Notes under the pieces: generated by a model | What the model saw: the letters and a program-made list of their open reading frames with translations, nothing else | Database searches by the model: none | What the model was told of the DNA's origin: nothing | In this document: in pieces, positions 39,884 through 51,393 of the stretch | Layout: each line of letters starts with the position of its first letter | Position numbering within the stretch: the stretch's first letter is position 1 | Virus record (IMG/VR): IMGVR_UViG_3300028800_000005 | Coordinates: 48,018 to 112,017 of that record | Source: a virus | DNA: 64,000 nucleotides | Reading direction: 5' to 3' (one strand) | Made by a program: the position numbers and the translations under genes

Positions 39884-42852
39884 GTGGTAAGATCGGTGTA
39901 CACACAGACAGGAGACCGTATGTACATCGCACTTTCAATTCCGCCCCGCCCGGGACGCCCGGACGGCGTCATGCTTCTGACCCAGGCGGCGACCTACTCG
40001 ACCGACTCGGCCGGGACCCTCCACATGTACAGGATGCGCGAGTACCGTGAAGACGTTCCTTGCCAGTATGGCGGGTACCACACGGTCACCCGGACGGAGC
40101 CGGAGGAGTTCCTTACGCTCCCCCGGGGCGCGTACGAGGCGGTCCTCGCCGGGGACACGCGCGAGGAGAGGGACCTCCTGGTCTCGATGTTCACCGCGAG
40201 GGAACCTCAGGGGTAACCCATAATTCGGAATTTGCGCGTCCCGCATGCCCCTGGTAAGCTCAGGGGGTACCTAGACAGGGAGGGCACATGGGTTTCAGCA
40301 GGCCGAACGTAGCTCAGGACGCCAGGGCCCGCTATGAGGCAGGCCACACGATCCTGGCCGTCACCCACGACTGCGGCATGAAGGTCGACACGGAGGTCTT
40401 CGCTAACATCATCGAGGATGCCGAGAGGGAAGGCTGGCACCTGGAGCACATCTACCAGGCACCAGGACGGCAGCTCATGATCTTCCGGCGCGCACGGTAA
40501 CCCCTAATCTCGATTTGACGGTCCTGCGGAGGCGTTGTTAGTCTTGGATCTTCACAAGGACCAGGACGGGAGAACCGGAATGCTAGCAAAGGAAGAGGCG
40601 GTCGCGATGACCGTCATCACGATCTGCGGTATCGGCTGCAAGCCGGTATCTGCCGGGAAGCGCGACGAGATCCAGGAGGTTCTTGACGCGCTCTGGGAGA
40701 ACGGACGCCAGAACGGGCTCGCTGAGGCGCAGCTTGACGAGGGCCCCGGGACCGGCTAAACTGAGGGCTAGGAGGAATTATGGCACACTACGACGAGATG
40801 AAGTCCGAGGAAGACCTTCGCCGCGATAACGCGGTCGCCCTGGCCCTGCGCGAGATCGACCGGGCGCGCATTTCCGGCGTCTCTGCGGTCCCGGCCCTGG
40901 AGCAGCTCTTTAACTACGGCGAGGAGACCGGGTACGACCAGGCCGTCCGCGACGTCGCGGAGGGGATATCCAAGCTAGGGAGCGGGCGCTGATGACTACC
41001 GTGAACCGCGAGGACGCGACAGCGATCCTGGTCTCCAAGGGCTACTCAGGCGACGAGGCCAGGAAGATCCTTGACGAGGCGAGGGTTTACGGGACGGCCC
41101 TGACCGTCCCGCGCGACTGCCCTAGCCTCTGGGTCACCTCCTGGTACCAGGGGTCGGTCGTACCGGCCTACCGGATTCAGGAAAACGACTCCGGCGAGGA
41201 GGTTACCTTCTGATGGACTTCGAGACCAGCAGGGACCCGGACCAGGCTGTCCACTTTACCGCCAGGAAGCTGCAGGACATCCTCGGCGTGGAAGTTCCCC
41301 CGGCGTACCGCTCGAAGTTCTACGCGGCCCTTCGGAACCTTCGCCAGTCCGGGTACACCACCGGCTGGGACGACGCCGAACAGCTTGGAGATAACTGATG
41401 TACAGCGTATTCATCCGCCGGAACAGGATTCGCCAGGAGCCGGAATGGCTTCTCCGCGCGAGGACAGACGAGAGGTACGAGGCGTGGGACCGCGCCCAGA
41501 AGCTCGCGGACGCCTACCAGTACCACGTCCGGGTCACCGACCCTGACGGTTCCGTGGTCTCCGAGATAATTCCGGCGTAATTCCGATTTTACCGTACCCT
41601 CGGGGAAGCCCCTCGGGGAGTCAGGAGGAGAAATGGGCGATCACACGGAGCAGTATTACCGGATAGGAAAGAAATACGTCCGGCAGCAACTGGCTAAGGT
41701 CCTTACCGAGTCCCGCAGTGAGGTGACGGCCTCGGGGATCATCCAGGCCCTTGACCATGTCGCGGAAGAGATGGGCCTGGAGAAGAAGACCGTGGTCCGG
41801 ACCTACTACACCAGTAACGAGGAGGAGTAATGAACCGGGAGCACGCGCTGAACACCGCAATCCAGCTTCTTTTCGGGGACCAGGTGACTGAGTCCCAGGA
41901 GAGCATCCTGTCCGACCTCTATGAGAAGGGGGTCCGTGACGGCCAGTCGCTGAAGGTCACCGGGGGATGGGTCAATGAGTTTTCCGACCTCGAATGGCAG
42001 CCCCTCGGTGAGTTCCCCCCGCTGGACGGTCCCTACTTCAGCCGGATGACTGAGACCGGGGAATGGGCCAGGGAGACAATTTCCACCCTGCAGGCCGAAG
42101 CGGACGCTTACCGTATCTACGGGCGCACCCTGGACGGTGCCTGATGGCGACAGAGGGCGCGGTCGCCCAGTACGAGGCCGGTTGGAACGCCGCCATGAAC
42201 CAGGTTCTCAGGGCCCTGAACGACGCCCGGTGGGGATTTCACAGCGAGGAGTACATGAGGGCCCTGGACGACCTCGCGGCGGACCTGTCCTTCCGCCGGA
42301 CAGTTATCGCGGTCAGGTACGACCTGTAATGACACCTGTCCAGTCACCGGGAATAGAGGTTTCCGCCCTCCCGGACTACGACGAGGCTATCCCGTGCCAG
42401 TGCCGGTGGCTGGTGCCCTGGCGCGGTGAGACGTTCGAGTGCGGGGAGCCGTCAGATTTCCGGCTGCGCATCCACTGCGTGAACGGCCACGACTACACGA
42501 CCTTTAACTGCAGGGCCTGTTACGTTACCTGGGCGGCTGACGTCGTCCCGGTAACCTGCCGGGTATGTGATGCCCCCCTGACCGACTGGAGCACGACATG
42601 AGGAACTTCATCCGGAGCGCGCGGGTATATGTCCAGGGCTGGATTGAGACCCTGGACATCCGCTTCCGCTCTCCCGAGACCTACCGGGCCCTGAAAGAGA
42701 ACAAGCTCGCGGGTCCTGAGAAATTTGCGGAGGTCTCCCGGCCTGCGGCACCCTACTGGCTGGACCGCCCGACAAACGAGCAGGTCCGGCGGAACTACGC
42801 TCTCAGCGACGAGGAGGTAGAGGAGCTTCTGAACCACTTCCGCCGCCAGTAA
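39884..42852 (+). CDS. array of about 12 small hypothetical (early-type) genes
   Basis: 60-110 aa ORFs with strong SDs and TGATG/TAATG coupling, several preceded by TTG(A/C)C..TA..(C/A)T promoters. Confidence 0.6.
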
Positions 42853-42974
42853 GGTGTCCCGCCAGGGCCCCCCGGGTAATTTTCCCGGAGGGGCCCTTGA
42901 CTGTCTGCGACGGGGGATGATACGGTCGTAACTCGTCCCGTTCAGGGAGACATAGGAAAGGAAGGAACGAGAGT

Positions 42975-43367
42975 ATGCGAAAGGTGATTCACGGCCTGGC
43001 CCTCGCCGTGGCCACTGCGTCCGTCGCGCTGGCCACTGCTTGCGCCGGGAATAAGCCCCCGCCGACCGCTAAGAGCGTCCTTACCGGGGACGGTTACAGC
43101 GTTCTGGTGAATGAGTCCCCCAAGGTCATTCACGACAGCTTCGGTGAGGCCGCCCCGTACATCGCCCCTAACGGGGTAGCCGCCGGGGAGAGGGGAAGCA
43201 CCCTGGAGCTTGTCATCGTCGCTGACACCAGCGCGGACGCGCAGAATGTCATCTATCCGGCCCTGAGCGGGTCCCTCAAGGGGGCAGGTGTCTCCTGCTC
43301 TCTTGACGGGGTGGTAACCCGCTGCACGGGGCCCGTTACCGCGAACTGGGTAAACGGGGGCCAGTAG
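42975..43367 (+). CDS. lipoprotein
   Basis: MRK + hydrophobic stretch + LATAC lipobox. Confidence 0.65.
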   Translation: MRKVIHGLALAVATASVALATACAGNKPPPTAKSVLTGDGYSVLVNESPKVIHDSFGEAAPYIAPNGVAAGERGSTLELVIVADTSADAQNVIYPALSGSLKGAGVSCSLDGVVTRCTGPVTANWVNGGQ

Positions 43368-43470
43368 GCCCCCTGCAACCCCCCACAGGGCCCCCCGGGT
43401 TTGACGTACCCGGAGGGGCCCTGTAGTGTGGACGGACAGGTAAAAAGAGCGAGTGAGAGGAGAACCTCAG

Positions 43471-44094
43471 ATGATCGCCCTGACACCGATTCCGGTACTG
43501 CTACTGGCCTCACTTAGTCCGTTCCATATGACCGCACCGCCAGCCGCGCACCACGCACCACCCCCGGCCGCGACCGCCAGGGCTCACCACGCCCCGGCAC
43601 CGCACAAGGCGCACAAGGCCCGCGCCAAGGAAACCCCGTACCACGTCTGGGACACCACGGTCCCGTCGAACGTCCCGGCCGGAAAGCGCGCCGCGTTCTA
43701 CGCGAACGGCGCTTACGCCGCGACCGTCTCACAGACCGCCGGGCACACCCCGGTCCTGTGGATCGACGTCTTCGGGTCGAACCCGAACGCTAACGTCGTC
43801 GATGTAGAGCCCGGTGACGCGACCGCGTCGCAGGCCGCCGCATGGGCACACGCCCGCGTCGACCTCCACCCCGGCCAGACCGCGATTATCTACGTCGCTA
43901 AGTGCCACTGGCAGGACGTCAAGAACGCCGTCTCTGCCCTACCGAAGCACGTTCAGGATAACGTCCGCTACTGGATCACGGACCCGACCGGCGTGGACCA
44001 TGTCGTCCCCGGCTCGCAGGCGACCCAGTGGCACTGGGACGCGAACGTGGACATCTCAACTGTCCTCCCGTCACTGACGAAGGCAGGTGCCTGA
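43471..44094 (+). CDS. secreted GH25/DUF1906-like muramidase-type protein
   Basis: Signal-like N-terminus, Pro/His/Ala linker, FYANG.Y, VDVEPGD, IIY, YWI, ATQW, DIS; paralogous to 48022..49167. Confidence 0.55.
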   Translation: MIALTPIPVLLLASLSPFHMTAPPAAHHAPPPAATARAHHAPAPHKAHKARAKETPYHVWDTTVPSNVPAGKRAAFYANGAYAATVSQTAGHTPVLWIDVFGSNPNANVVDVEPGDATASQAAAWAHARVDLHPGQTAIIYVAKCHWQDVKNAVSALPKHVQDNVRYWITDPTGVDHVVPGSQATQWHWDANVDISTVLPSLTKAGA

Positions 44095-44651
44095 TGATTA
44101 TCGCCCCGATGCTGATGATCGCCGTCACGGCGAACAGCCACCACCATCCCGTCGCCTCAGCCCACCGGCACCACCACAGTGCCCCTGTACGGCCCGCAGC
44201 GCGCCACCACAGGCACCACAAGGCCCAGGTGACCATACCGCTGCCAACCGGCCCGATGCAGAACGCAGGGAGCATCTACCGGGGCCTGAGGGGCATGGGC
44301 CTCAGCCCCGCCGCTGCGGCCGGTGTCGAAGGGAACCTCTACCAGGAGTCCCACGGGGACCCGCACAGCTACAACCCGGTCGGCGGGGGACTGTTCGGGC
44401 TGACGAACCAGAACGGCGGGTCGCCGTCCGGCGGATCGCTCCAGAGTGAGCTTCAGAAGCTCCACGTCTACATCACCACGAACGGCTCCGTCCAGGACGT
44501 GAACGCGCACGCGACCGGCAGCACCCAGACGCAAAAGGCCGCGAACGTCGCGAACGATTTCGTCCAGCGGTATGAGCGCGCGGGAATTCCCGCCAGCGGG
44601 ACCCGCATGCAGGCCGCTAAGCACTTCGCCCAGGCGCAGGGGGGATCATGA
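44094..44651 (+). CDS. secreted lysozyme-like protein (phage tail lysozyme type)
   Basis: GLSPAAAAGVEGNLYQES, GGGLFG, F...YER.G....R...A; His-rich linker after hydrophobic N-terminus. Confidence 0.65.
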   Translation: MIIAPMLMIAVTANSHHHPVASAHRHHHSAPVRPAARHHRHHKAQVTIPLPTGPMQNAGSIYRGLRGMGLSPAAAAGVEGNLYQESHGDPHSYNPVGGGLFGLTNQNGGSPSGGSLQSELQKLHVYITTNGSVQDVNAHATGSTQTQKAANVANDFVQRYERAGIPASGTRMQAAKHFAQAQGGS

Positions 44652-45436
44652 CACGCAAGATCATCGCGGCGACCGTCGCTGCCGCCAGCGTTGCCACGGG
44701 AGTGGCCCTGGCCGTCCCGGTGAGCGCGTCTGTGCCACCGCCGGTCACGGTCAGCGGTAACGGCTCCACCCAGACGCACACCAGCCCCCAGTTCGCTCTC
44801 CACGCGGGCGGGGCGGACGTCACCACCAGGGCTGGCAGTGTCAAGTACACCGCGAGCCACCACGGGCCAGTCTCCTGGCAGGACCCGTACCTGACGACAG
44901 GGTATAACGGAGGCAAGCGGGCGGGGACCGCGCTGCCGGTCCAGCTCGGCAAGCAGGGGAACCCGGTCGCGTCGGTCAGCTACACGACGACCCGCGACTT
45001 CTGGGGAGACGTCGGATTTGACATCTGGCTTACCGAGACGCCGAACAAGCACAGCTACGCGCAGATGACGGACGGCGGGCCCGGCACGACGGAGATCATG
45101 ATATGGTTCTCCAGCGTCGGCCTGCCCCTTCCGCGCACGGGCTACTACGCGAACATCGACGGCATGAAGTTCGGCACGATCGTCGGGCTGGCCGCCCAGG
45201 GGCACGCTAAGTCGGGCACCCGGGCCGGGTGGAACAACGTGAACTTCATCCTGGACGCCCACAAGCCCGGCGCGTTCATCCACCACGGCCACCTGGCCCT
45301 GAACCCGTTCCTGGAGTTCGCGGTCAAGAAGGGCTGGGTCAAGCCGCACGATTACATCATGGCGATCAATAACGGCGCAGAACTGACCTACGGCGGAATG
45401 TCGGTCACCGGGTACTCCCTGACCGGGCTGCGATAG
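44648..45436 (+). CDS. secreted GH12-like endoglucanase
   Basis: Signal peptide; GFDIWL, TEIMIW (nucleophile Glu), NGAE (acid/base Glu). Confidence 0.65.
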   Translation: MTRKIIAATVAAASVATGVALAVPVSASVPPPVTVSGNGSTQTHTSPQFALHAGGADVTTRAGSVKYTASHHGPVSWQDPYLTTGYNGGKRAGTALPVQLGKQGNPVASVSYTTTRDFWGDVGFDIWLTETPNKHSYAQMTDGGPGTTEIMIWFSSVGLPLPRTGYYANIDGMKFGTIVGLAAQGHAKSGTRAGWNNVNFILDAHKPGAFIHHGHLALNPFLEFAVKKGWVKPHDYIMAINNGAELTYGGMSVTGYSLTGLR

Positions 45437-45972
45437 GAGGCAAGATGGTTTCCCGAATCCTGACTACCGTCCAGTTCGACGGTTACAGCAATTCCATCCT
45501 GGTGGAGCCTCCGGACGAGCGTACCGGGTGGAAGGTAGCACAGATGACCCAGAGCCTGTCCCGTTCGAACGGGATCGCCCAGGTAACCATTCTCTGGGAA
45601 CTAGACGAGTACTCATGGCGGGAGGACATGTAATGCGCTGGTCACTAACGGCCTACCTGGCTTCAGAGGCGCTAATCCGGCGCTGGGAAGCGGAAGCTGA
45701 CCTGGCCCGGAAGGAAAAGGAAGCAGAGGAGGAAGAGGAAGATGCCTGAGGGAACCAGCAAGCTTATCCGCAAGCGCCCCGGGGAGCACCCTGAGGTTGT
45801 CAGCGACCCCGGTACCGGGCAGATGATGGAGTTCGAGAACCGGCAGATAGCCAGGACGTACGCCCGCCAGGCCAGGATCGCCACCGGATGGGAATACTCG
45901 ATTTACTGGGTAGCGGACGACGGGATGCCGCGCCTGGAGAGTGTCGAGCCCGTAATCCGGGAGGACTGACCA

Positions 45973-46419
45973 GTGAAGCGAGAAGTGCCAGAACTACCGG
46001 AAGGAAGTCTACTGATGACCACACCGAAGGTCTACCTGGCCGGGCCGATAAACGGCTGCTCGGACGCGGAGGCAATGAACTGGCGGAACACGGTTCACAA
46101 CCGCCTTGGACCGGGGTACTGCCTTGACCCGATGCGCCGGGACTACCGGGGCAGGGAAGACGACTTCGCGTCGGAAATCGTCGCGCACGACAAGACGGAC
46201 ATCTTTAACAGCGCGATCGTCCTGGCGAACTGCTCGAAGCCAGGATGGGGCACGGCGATGGAGATCTTCTACGCGTTCTCGCACAGTAAGCCGGTCGTTG
46301 CCGTGATACCCGAGGACGCCCCCGTATCCCCCTGGGTCAGGCAGCACACTGTCCGTGTATTCACGAGCTTTTTCGACGCCGTCGAATTCGTGGCCGATTA
46401 CCTTAAGGCAATTGAGTGA
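45973..46419 (+). CDS. nucleoside 2-deoxyribosyltransferase-like protein
   Basis: VYLAGPI, WR, LDPMRR, D..DI, GTAME..YA...KPVV. Confidence 0.75.
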   Translation: MKREVPELPEGSLLMTTPKVYLAGPINGCSDAEAMNWRNTVHNRLGPGYCLDPMRRDYRGREDDFASEIVAHDKTDIFNSAIVLANCSKPGWGTAMEIFYAFSHSKPVVAVIPEDAPVSPWVRQHTVRVFTSFFDAVEFVADYLKAIE

Positions 46420-46715
46420 TCCCCCGGTACCCGGACGACAAGCTCTTTTACGCGATGGTAAGAGAGAATGTCCTGGACCGTAACATGTGGGACGACCTTG
46501 TCCAGGAGGCGCGAATCCACGACTGGAAAATGCGAACCGAGCACCCGGGCATGTCCCCGCAGTGGTACCACAAGTGCGCCCGTCGGCGAATTAACGAGGT
46601 AAGCAAGCGCCAGACGTGGACGGGCTACACCAGCCACCGGGGGCACCCGATCGATCCGCTCCGGCGCGCTCATGATTCCCTGGACCAGATGAACGGCTGG
46701 GGTTCCGAGGAGTGA
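46416..46715 (+). CDS. small protein with sigma-70 region-2-like motif
   Basis: WDDLVQEARI..W, WY...ARRRI; no region 4. Confidence 0.35.
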   Translation: MIPRYPDDKLFYAMVRENVLDRNMWDDLVQEARIHDWKMRTEHPGMSPQWYHKCARRRINEVSKRQTWTGYTSHRGHPIDPLRRAHDSLDQMNGWGSEE

Positions 46716-47669
46716 CCCCGGCGTGCTAGGGTGGAGTTACAAGCAATCCTGGGGAGGATGACATGGCCGGACACCGGTTCGCGGTAGGCGACGAAGTACA
46801 CAGGGTAGTTCGCGGAGAGCCCGTGACGCGCTACATCCTGGTGATCGAGGAGGTTCTGCCCGCGCGCCTCTCGGACGTGACGCGGAAGCCATTCTTCCCG
46901 TACCGGGTGTGGGACCCCCGCACCGGCCTGATCTCACATGCCAGCGACGAGTTCCTTACAGCAGCTACCGGGAGGTCATGATGCCCCGCAAGAAGACGGA
47001 CTACCGGCCGGTAATCGGGCAGGTTTCCGCAGAGTTCGACGTCATCCCTGGCGTGTCCCACCGCCTGGTGAAGCTACCCTCTGGCTGGGTCCACACGCGG
47101 TACGCGGGGAACGTGCTCACCACCCGTGAGGAACTGACCCAGGAGGCAGTAGAGTCGCTCCTGACAGCCGCACAGGACCGGGGGGACGCCATCCAGGGCC
47201 CGGCTATGCCGGATATCGCGCAGGTCTACGTCATCAGGGAGGCATGATGGGGTTCTACGCCGGGAAGAAGTCCGTGGAGCTGAAGCAGGGCACGCGTTTC
47301 GTGCACCGGCACTACCTCGCGGACGGGGTAAAGCTGCAGGACGTCCGGCAGGACCCGGACAACCCCGATTTCTACGCGATATTCGAGGTGACAGCAGTCA
47401 TCTGCGGGCGGGTTTACTACCGGCACACCGGTACCGAGGGCCCGGCGCAGTGGTTGTTCGACCAGGCCAGGGCAGCCGACTACGTCAGGAAGGTGCTTTA
47501 GACATGATCAAGCCGATCCTAGATGGCATCATGGCATTCGAGCAGGGCGAACTTTCGGCCGAAGAGACGGTCGCGCTGTTCCAGGAGCTGGTGAACTCCG
47601 GAATGGCCTGGAAGCTCCAGGGAAGTTACGGACGTCTGGCGAATGACCTTATCCAGGCTGGCCTGGTGA

Positions 47670-47945
47670 CTACTCCGGACGTGGCGTAACGCGCTGGTAG
47701 CTGTACCCGGTGCGACGAGAGGTCCCCTGCACATGGCGGGGGACCTCTTCATTGCTGATTTTAAGTACGTAGTTGCCTTTTACCGGCTCGAAATGGCACC
47801 AGAAGCGCCCAGTTTTCGGTGCGTGGTCATACTGGCGGGCTAGCTGCGTCGCCGGGCACTTCAAAAGGTTCCCCGGGCACCACAAAGGGTGAATTAGCAT
47901 CCAGCCGCGCTGGTCAAGCTCAATTATGTGTTCCATATGGGCCAT
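47670..47945 (-). CDS. hypothetical protein, the only credible minus-strand gene
   Basis: GAGGAG SD upstream on the minus strand; fills a gap without a good + ORF; HPLWC...C. Confidence 0.55.
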   Translation of the reverse strand: MAHMEHIIELDQRGWMLIHPLWCPGNLLKCPATQLARQYDHAPKTGRFWCHFEPVKGNYVLKISNEEVPRHVQGTSRRTGYSYQRVTPRPE

Positions 47946-48021
47946 TCGTACTCCTCACATTGCCTTTAGTCTACGGCCTAGACTGGGGACGAGGCAAAAA
48001 ACCCCCTGAGGGAAGGCAGTT

Positions 48022-49167
48022 ATGACTCACTCCACGCTAGATTACTCCGGGCAGCCGTTCGCCAGGCCCGAAAAGCCCGCCGCCGGGCTGGCAGGCCGTG
48101 TGACGGCCCGCATCCTGGCCGCCGTGCGCCCCGCCGCAGTCGGTTCGACCCTTCTCGGACAGGATTCCGTCAGCACCTCCGCTATGTCCAGGGGCCTTTC
48201 AGTCTACTGCGGCTACGAGGGCGGGCTGCTCGGGTACGCCAATGGCCGGTACACCACGATGGGTTCGGTCTACGCCTATTTCCCGGGTAAGAAGTACGTC
48301 AGCGTCGGACGGGACGCGATCGACATCGAACCGGGCCTGGCGTCCCCCTCGGCCGCCCCGAATTTCGTCCGGAACGCGAAGCCGACGCACACGACAAAGC
48401 CGGTCGTTTACTGTTCGGCCGGGGACCTTACCACCGTCATCGGGTACCTTAACCGCGCGGGCATCGCGCGCTCGAAGTACTTCATCTGGTCGGCCCACTG
48501 GACCGGTAAGCACATCTGCGGCCCCGGCACCTGTGGCTATCCCCAGGCGGACGCGACCCAGTACGGCTCGAATAACTCGTTCGACAGCGACGTTTTCAGC
48601 GCCGCCATGTTCGGGCCCGTGCCCCCGGCGGCCAATCCGTCCTTCCCGCTGAAGGAAGGGGACGCGGACGTCACTGGCTCCGGCCCGGTGCGGCAGCTAC
48701 AGACCAGGCTGAACACCTGGCAGAAGGCGATCGGGAAGTACGGTGTCCTGAAGGTCGACGGGCAATTCGGCGCGGCGACAAAGGCTGCCGTCGCGGACGC
48801 GCAGTTCCACTTCAGTGAGCGCGGGGTCAAGGCCGGTACCTGTACCAGCGCCCTGTTCAAGAAGCTCAGTGCAGCGCCCCCGGTCACTCCCGCCCCGGCC
48901 CCGAAGCCGGAGACCGACGCGCCCCTGATGGTGACCTCGCAGAAGAACGTCACCGTCGCCTACAGCCTGAAGGTGGACCGCACCATCCCCGCCTACACGG
49001 GCCTGTACGCCACCAAGGTCGAACGTGCGGGCACTACCTGGCGCACGGACCATAACAGCGCGGAGGCTGTCTTCATCCTCCACGTGCCCCTTCCCGGGAC
49101 GTACACGGTCACTACCGGTGCCCGGGGATACAAGAACACCGTCCAGACGGTGATCGTCACCACCTGA
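48022..49167 (+). CDS. endolysin (GH25/DUF1906-like catalytic domain + peptidoglycan-binding domain)
   Basis: YANG, IDIEPG, PVVYCS, WSAHW, ATQY, DSD; LKEGD..VRQLQ..L...VDGQFG..T..AV..Q. Confidence 0.75.
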   Translation: MTHSTLDYSGQPFARPEKPAAGLAGRVTARILAAVRPAAVGSTLLGQDSVSTSAMSRGLSVYCGYEGGLLGYANGRYTTMGSVYAYFPGKKYVSVGRDAIDIEPGLASPSAAPNFVRNAKPTHTTKPVVYCSAGDLTTVIGYLNRAGIARSKYFIWSAHWTGKHICGPGTCGYPQADATQYGSNNSFDSDVFSAAMFGPVPPAANPSFPLKEGDADVTGSGPVRQLQTRLNTWQKAIGKYGVLKVDGQFGAATKAAVADAQFHFSERGVKAGTCTSALFKKLSAAPPVTPAPAPKPETDAPLMVTSQKNVTVAYSLKVDRTIPAYTGLYATKVERAGTTWRTDHNSAEAVFILHVPLPGTYTVTTGARGYKNTVQTVIVTT

Positions 49168-49183
49168 CAGGAAGGGGGTGCAC

Positions 49184-49261
49184 ATGCTCACCACGGCCCT
49201 GATCATCCTTGGGGTGATCGCACTGATCCTGCTGATCATCTACCTCATCCGCCGGGCGTAA
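49184..49261 (+). CDS. 25-aa single-TM peptide after the endolysin
   Basis: MLTTALIILGVIALILLIIYLIRRA with GGGGG SD. Confidence 0.45.
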   Translation: MLTTALIILGVIALILLIIYLIRRA

Positions 49262-49846
49262 GCTCGTTTTGCCCTCTGGTCCCCGGATCTCCTAGTCTGT
49301 TGCTATCCGACAGACAGAGAGGTACGGGGACCATGAAGAAACTGCGAGACCTGCTACTGAGCAGCCGGGACAGCCTCCAGGAGGCCCTGGCTGAGGCTGA
49401 GACGCTCGGGGACACCGGGCTGTATAACGAGGTAGACGAGGCGCTGGCTGGTGTTGAGACCGCCCTTAGCGACCTCCGGGACCTGTTTCCAGAGTGACCC
49501 AGGACACGGGCACCCTGGCTTGACCTGGCCCGTTCATCGGGTAAGCTGAAGGTACAAGACCCGGAAAGCCAAGGGAGGCACCACATGGACACCACAGTCA
49601 CCCCGCCAGTCCCCGCCGACGTTCTCGACGAGGTTGCGCAGACGGTCCTGGCCTTCGCTACGTGCGACGCTGACGCTGGCGAGGCAGAGACTGCCTACGT
49701 TCGCGTTATCGGCCCGGACGGCAAGGTTCTGGACTTCTGCGCCCACCACTACAACCTTCTCGAAGTCGACCTGCTCAGTGCCGGTTTCACCGCCGTCATC
49801 GACATCCGGTCGACCCTGGAGCCGCAACCGTCGACGGGGGCCTGAC

Positions 49847-50191
49847 ATGGCCGACCCGCTGGCCTGGAGGCGCGCAGCCCGCTGTGGCAGCTACCAGGTT
49901 GCCCCTGGTGAGCAGTGGCCGTGGGACACCGACCGGTTGCGCGGGAAGCGCGCCGCGACGGTCATGGCCGAGCGCGAGAAGGTCGCCAAGGGAGTCTGCA
50001 CCGGATGCCCCGTGCGCGACCGCTGCCTGACCGAGGGCCTCATGAACGACGTCACCACCGACATGCCAGACGGAATCTGGGGAGGCGCGACGCCAGAGGA
50101 GCGAGCGCCACTTATCGGGAAGCGCATCAAGTGGATTTCCGGGATGCGACGGCTGACTGACCCCGGGACTCCAGTTAGGAAGCGGGCATGA
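49847..50191 (+). CDS. whiB: WhiB-family transcription factor 2
   Basis: WRRAARC, AKGVCTGCPVRDRCL, GIWGG.TPEER. Confidence 0.88.
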   Translation: MADPLAWRRAARCGSYQVAPGEQWPWDTDRLRGKRAATVMAEREKVAKGVCTGCPVRDRCLTEGLMNDVTTDMPDGIWGGATPEERAPLIGKRIKWISGMRRLTDPGTPVRKRA

Positions 50192-51198
50192 TATGGGTAA
50201 TTCTCGCCCTTGCGGGCCTGCTGGCCCTGGTCCTGGCCGCACACAGCGCGCCAACACGGCCCAAAGGGTCACCCCGGCCAAAGAGGAGGCCACCGAAGTG
50301 AGGATTCCAAGTCCCGTCGCGAAAGCAGCGATCGACGTCTCACAGCTTAACCAGATCCTGGGGACTGACTCGGCTGAATCGGTCCTGCTGGCTGCCATGA
50401 CCCGTAACCGGCGTGAGGTTCTGGCCCAGGTCGCGGACATGGCCGAGGCCGCCGCTGCCTCCGAGGACGTAGCGGGCCTGGACCCGGGCATCGTCCTGGA
50501 ATGGTTCGCTGCCTACCTGCGGGAAATGCTGCCCGACGAGGACCAGCCGGGAGCGTACGCGCCGAGTGACGGCGACTACGTCGAAGTCCACCTTACCGGG
50601 GTGATCTCCGAGTACGAGATTACCGGCGATGGCGTCCCGACCTTCACCGCCTGGGATATCACGACGGACAACGGCCTGAGCATCCCGCTGGAGTCGCACG
50701 ATTTCCACCAGGCACGGGTCCAGGTGCTCCTGCCGGGGGTAGATTGATTGCGGCCCTTCTCATTGGCACGGTCGGAACGATCATAGCTAACGCGCTGTGG
50801 TACTTCCTGGCCGCCCGACCGCTGCAACGGCGGGAGAGGGAGGCACTGATAGAACTTCACAGGGCGCATGAGGAGGCAGAGTCCGACCGGGCCCTGTCTG
50901 CCAGGAACCACAAGCGGCTTGCTAAGATCATTAGCAGGCTCGAATACATGGAAGTCAGGGAGGAAGAGAAAAATGGGATGGACCACTGACGGACCCCGCT
51001 CAGTTCACACGGTGACGGGCGCGCACAGCATGCGTGAGCACCGTGAGCGCAAGCGTGACCAGGCCGAGGTCCGTAACGAGATGACCTCACCGGAGCGGCG
51101 CAGGCGCTACCGCTACGACACCGAGTACCGCGACCGGGTCCGTGCCGAGAAGTCGCACGAGTTCCTTAAGTCGACGCTCCCGGAGGAGGCGTAACGAC

Positions 51199-51393
51199 AT
51201 GCCCGCCTACGAGTTCAAGTCCGAGGAAACCGGTAAGGTCCGGGAGCTGTGGCTGACCTTCACGGACCTTGAGTCAATGGACGGCGGGTGGACCGAGTAC
51301 GACCACGAGACCGGAGAGCTAGAGCATTACCGCCGGGTATACAACGCCCCGGCAGTTCATTTCCGGGGCAGTGGCTGGGCGTGCAAGTCATGA
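51199..51393 (+). CDS. FmdB-like small protein lacking Zn cysteines
   Basis: MPAYEFK...RRVY.AP..HFRGSGW. Confidence 0.55.
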   Translation: MPAYEFKSEETGKVRELWLTFTDLESMDGGWTEYDHETGELEHYRRVYNAPAVHFRGSGWACKS

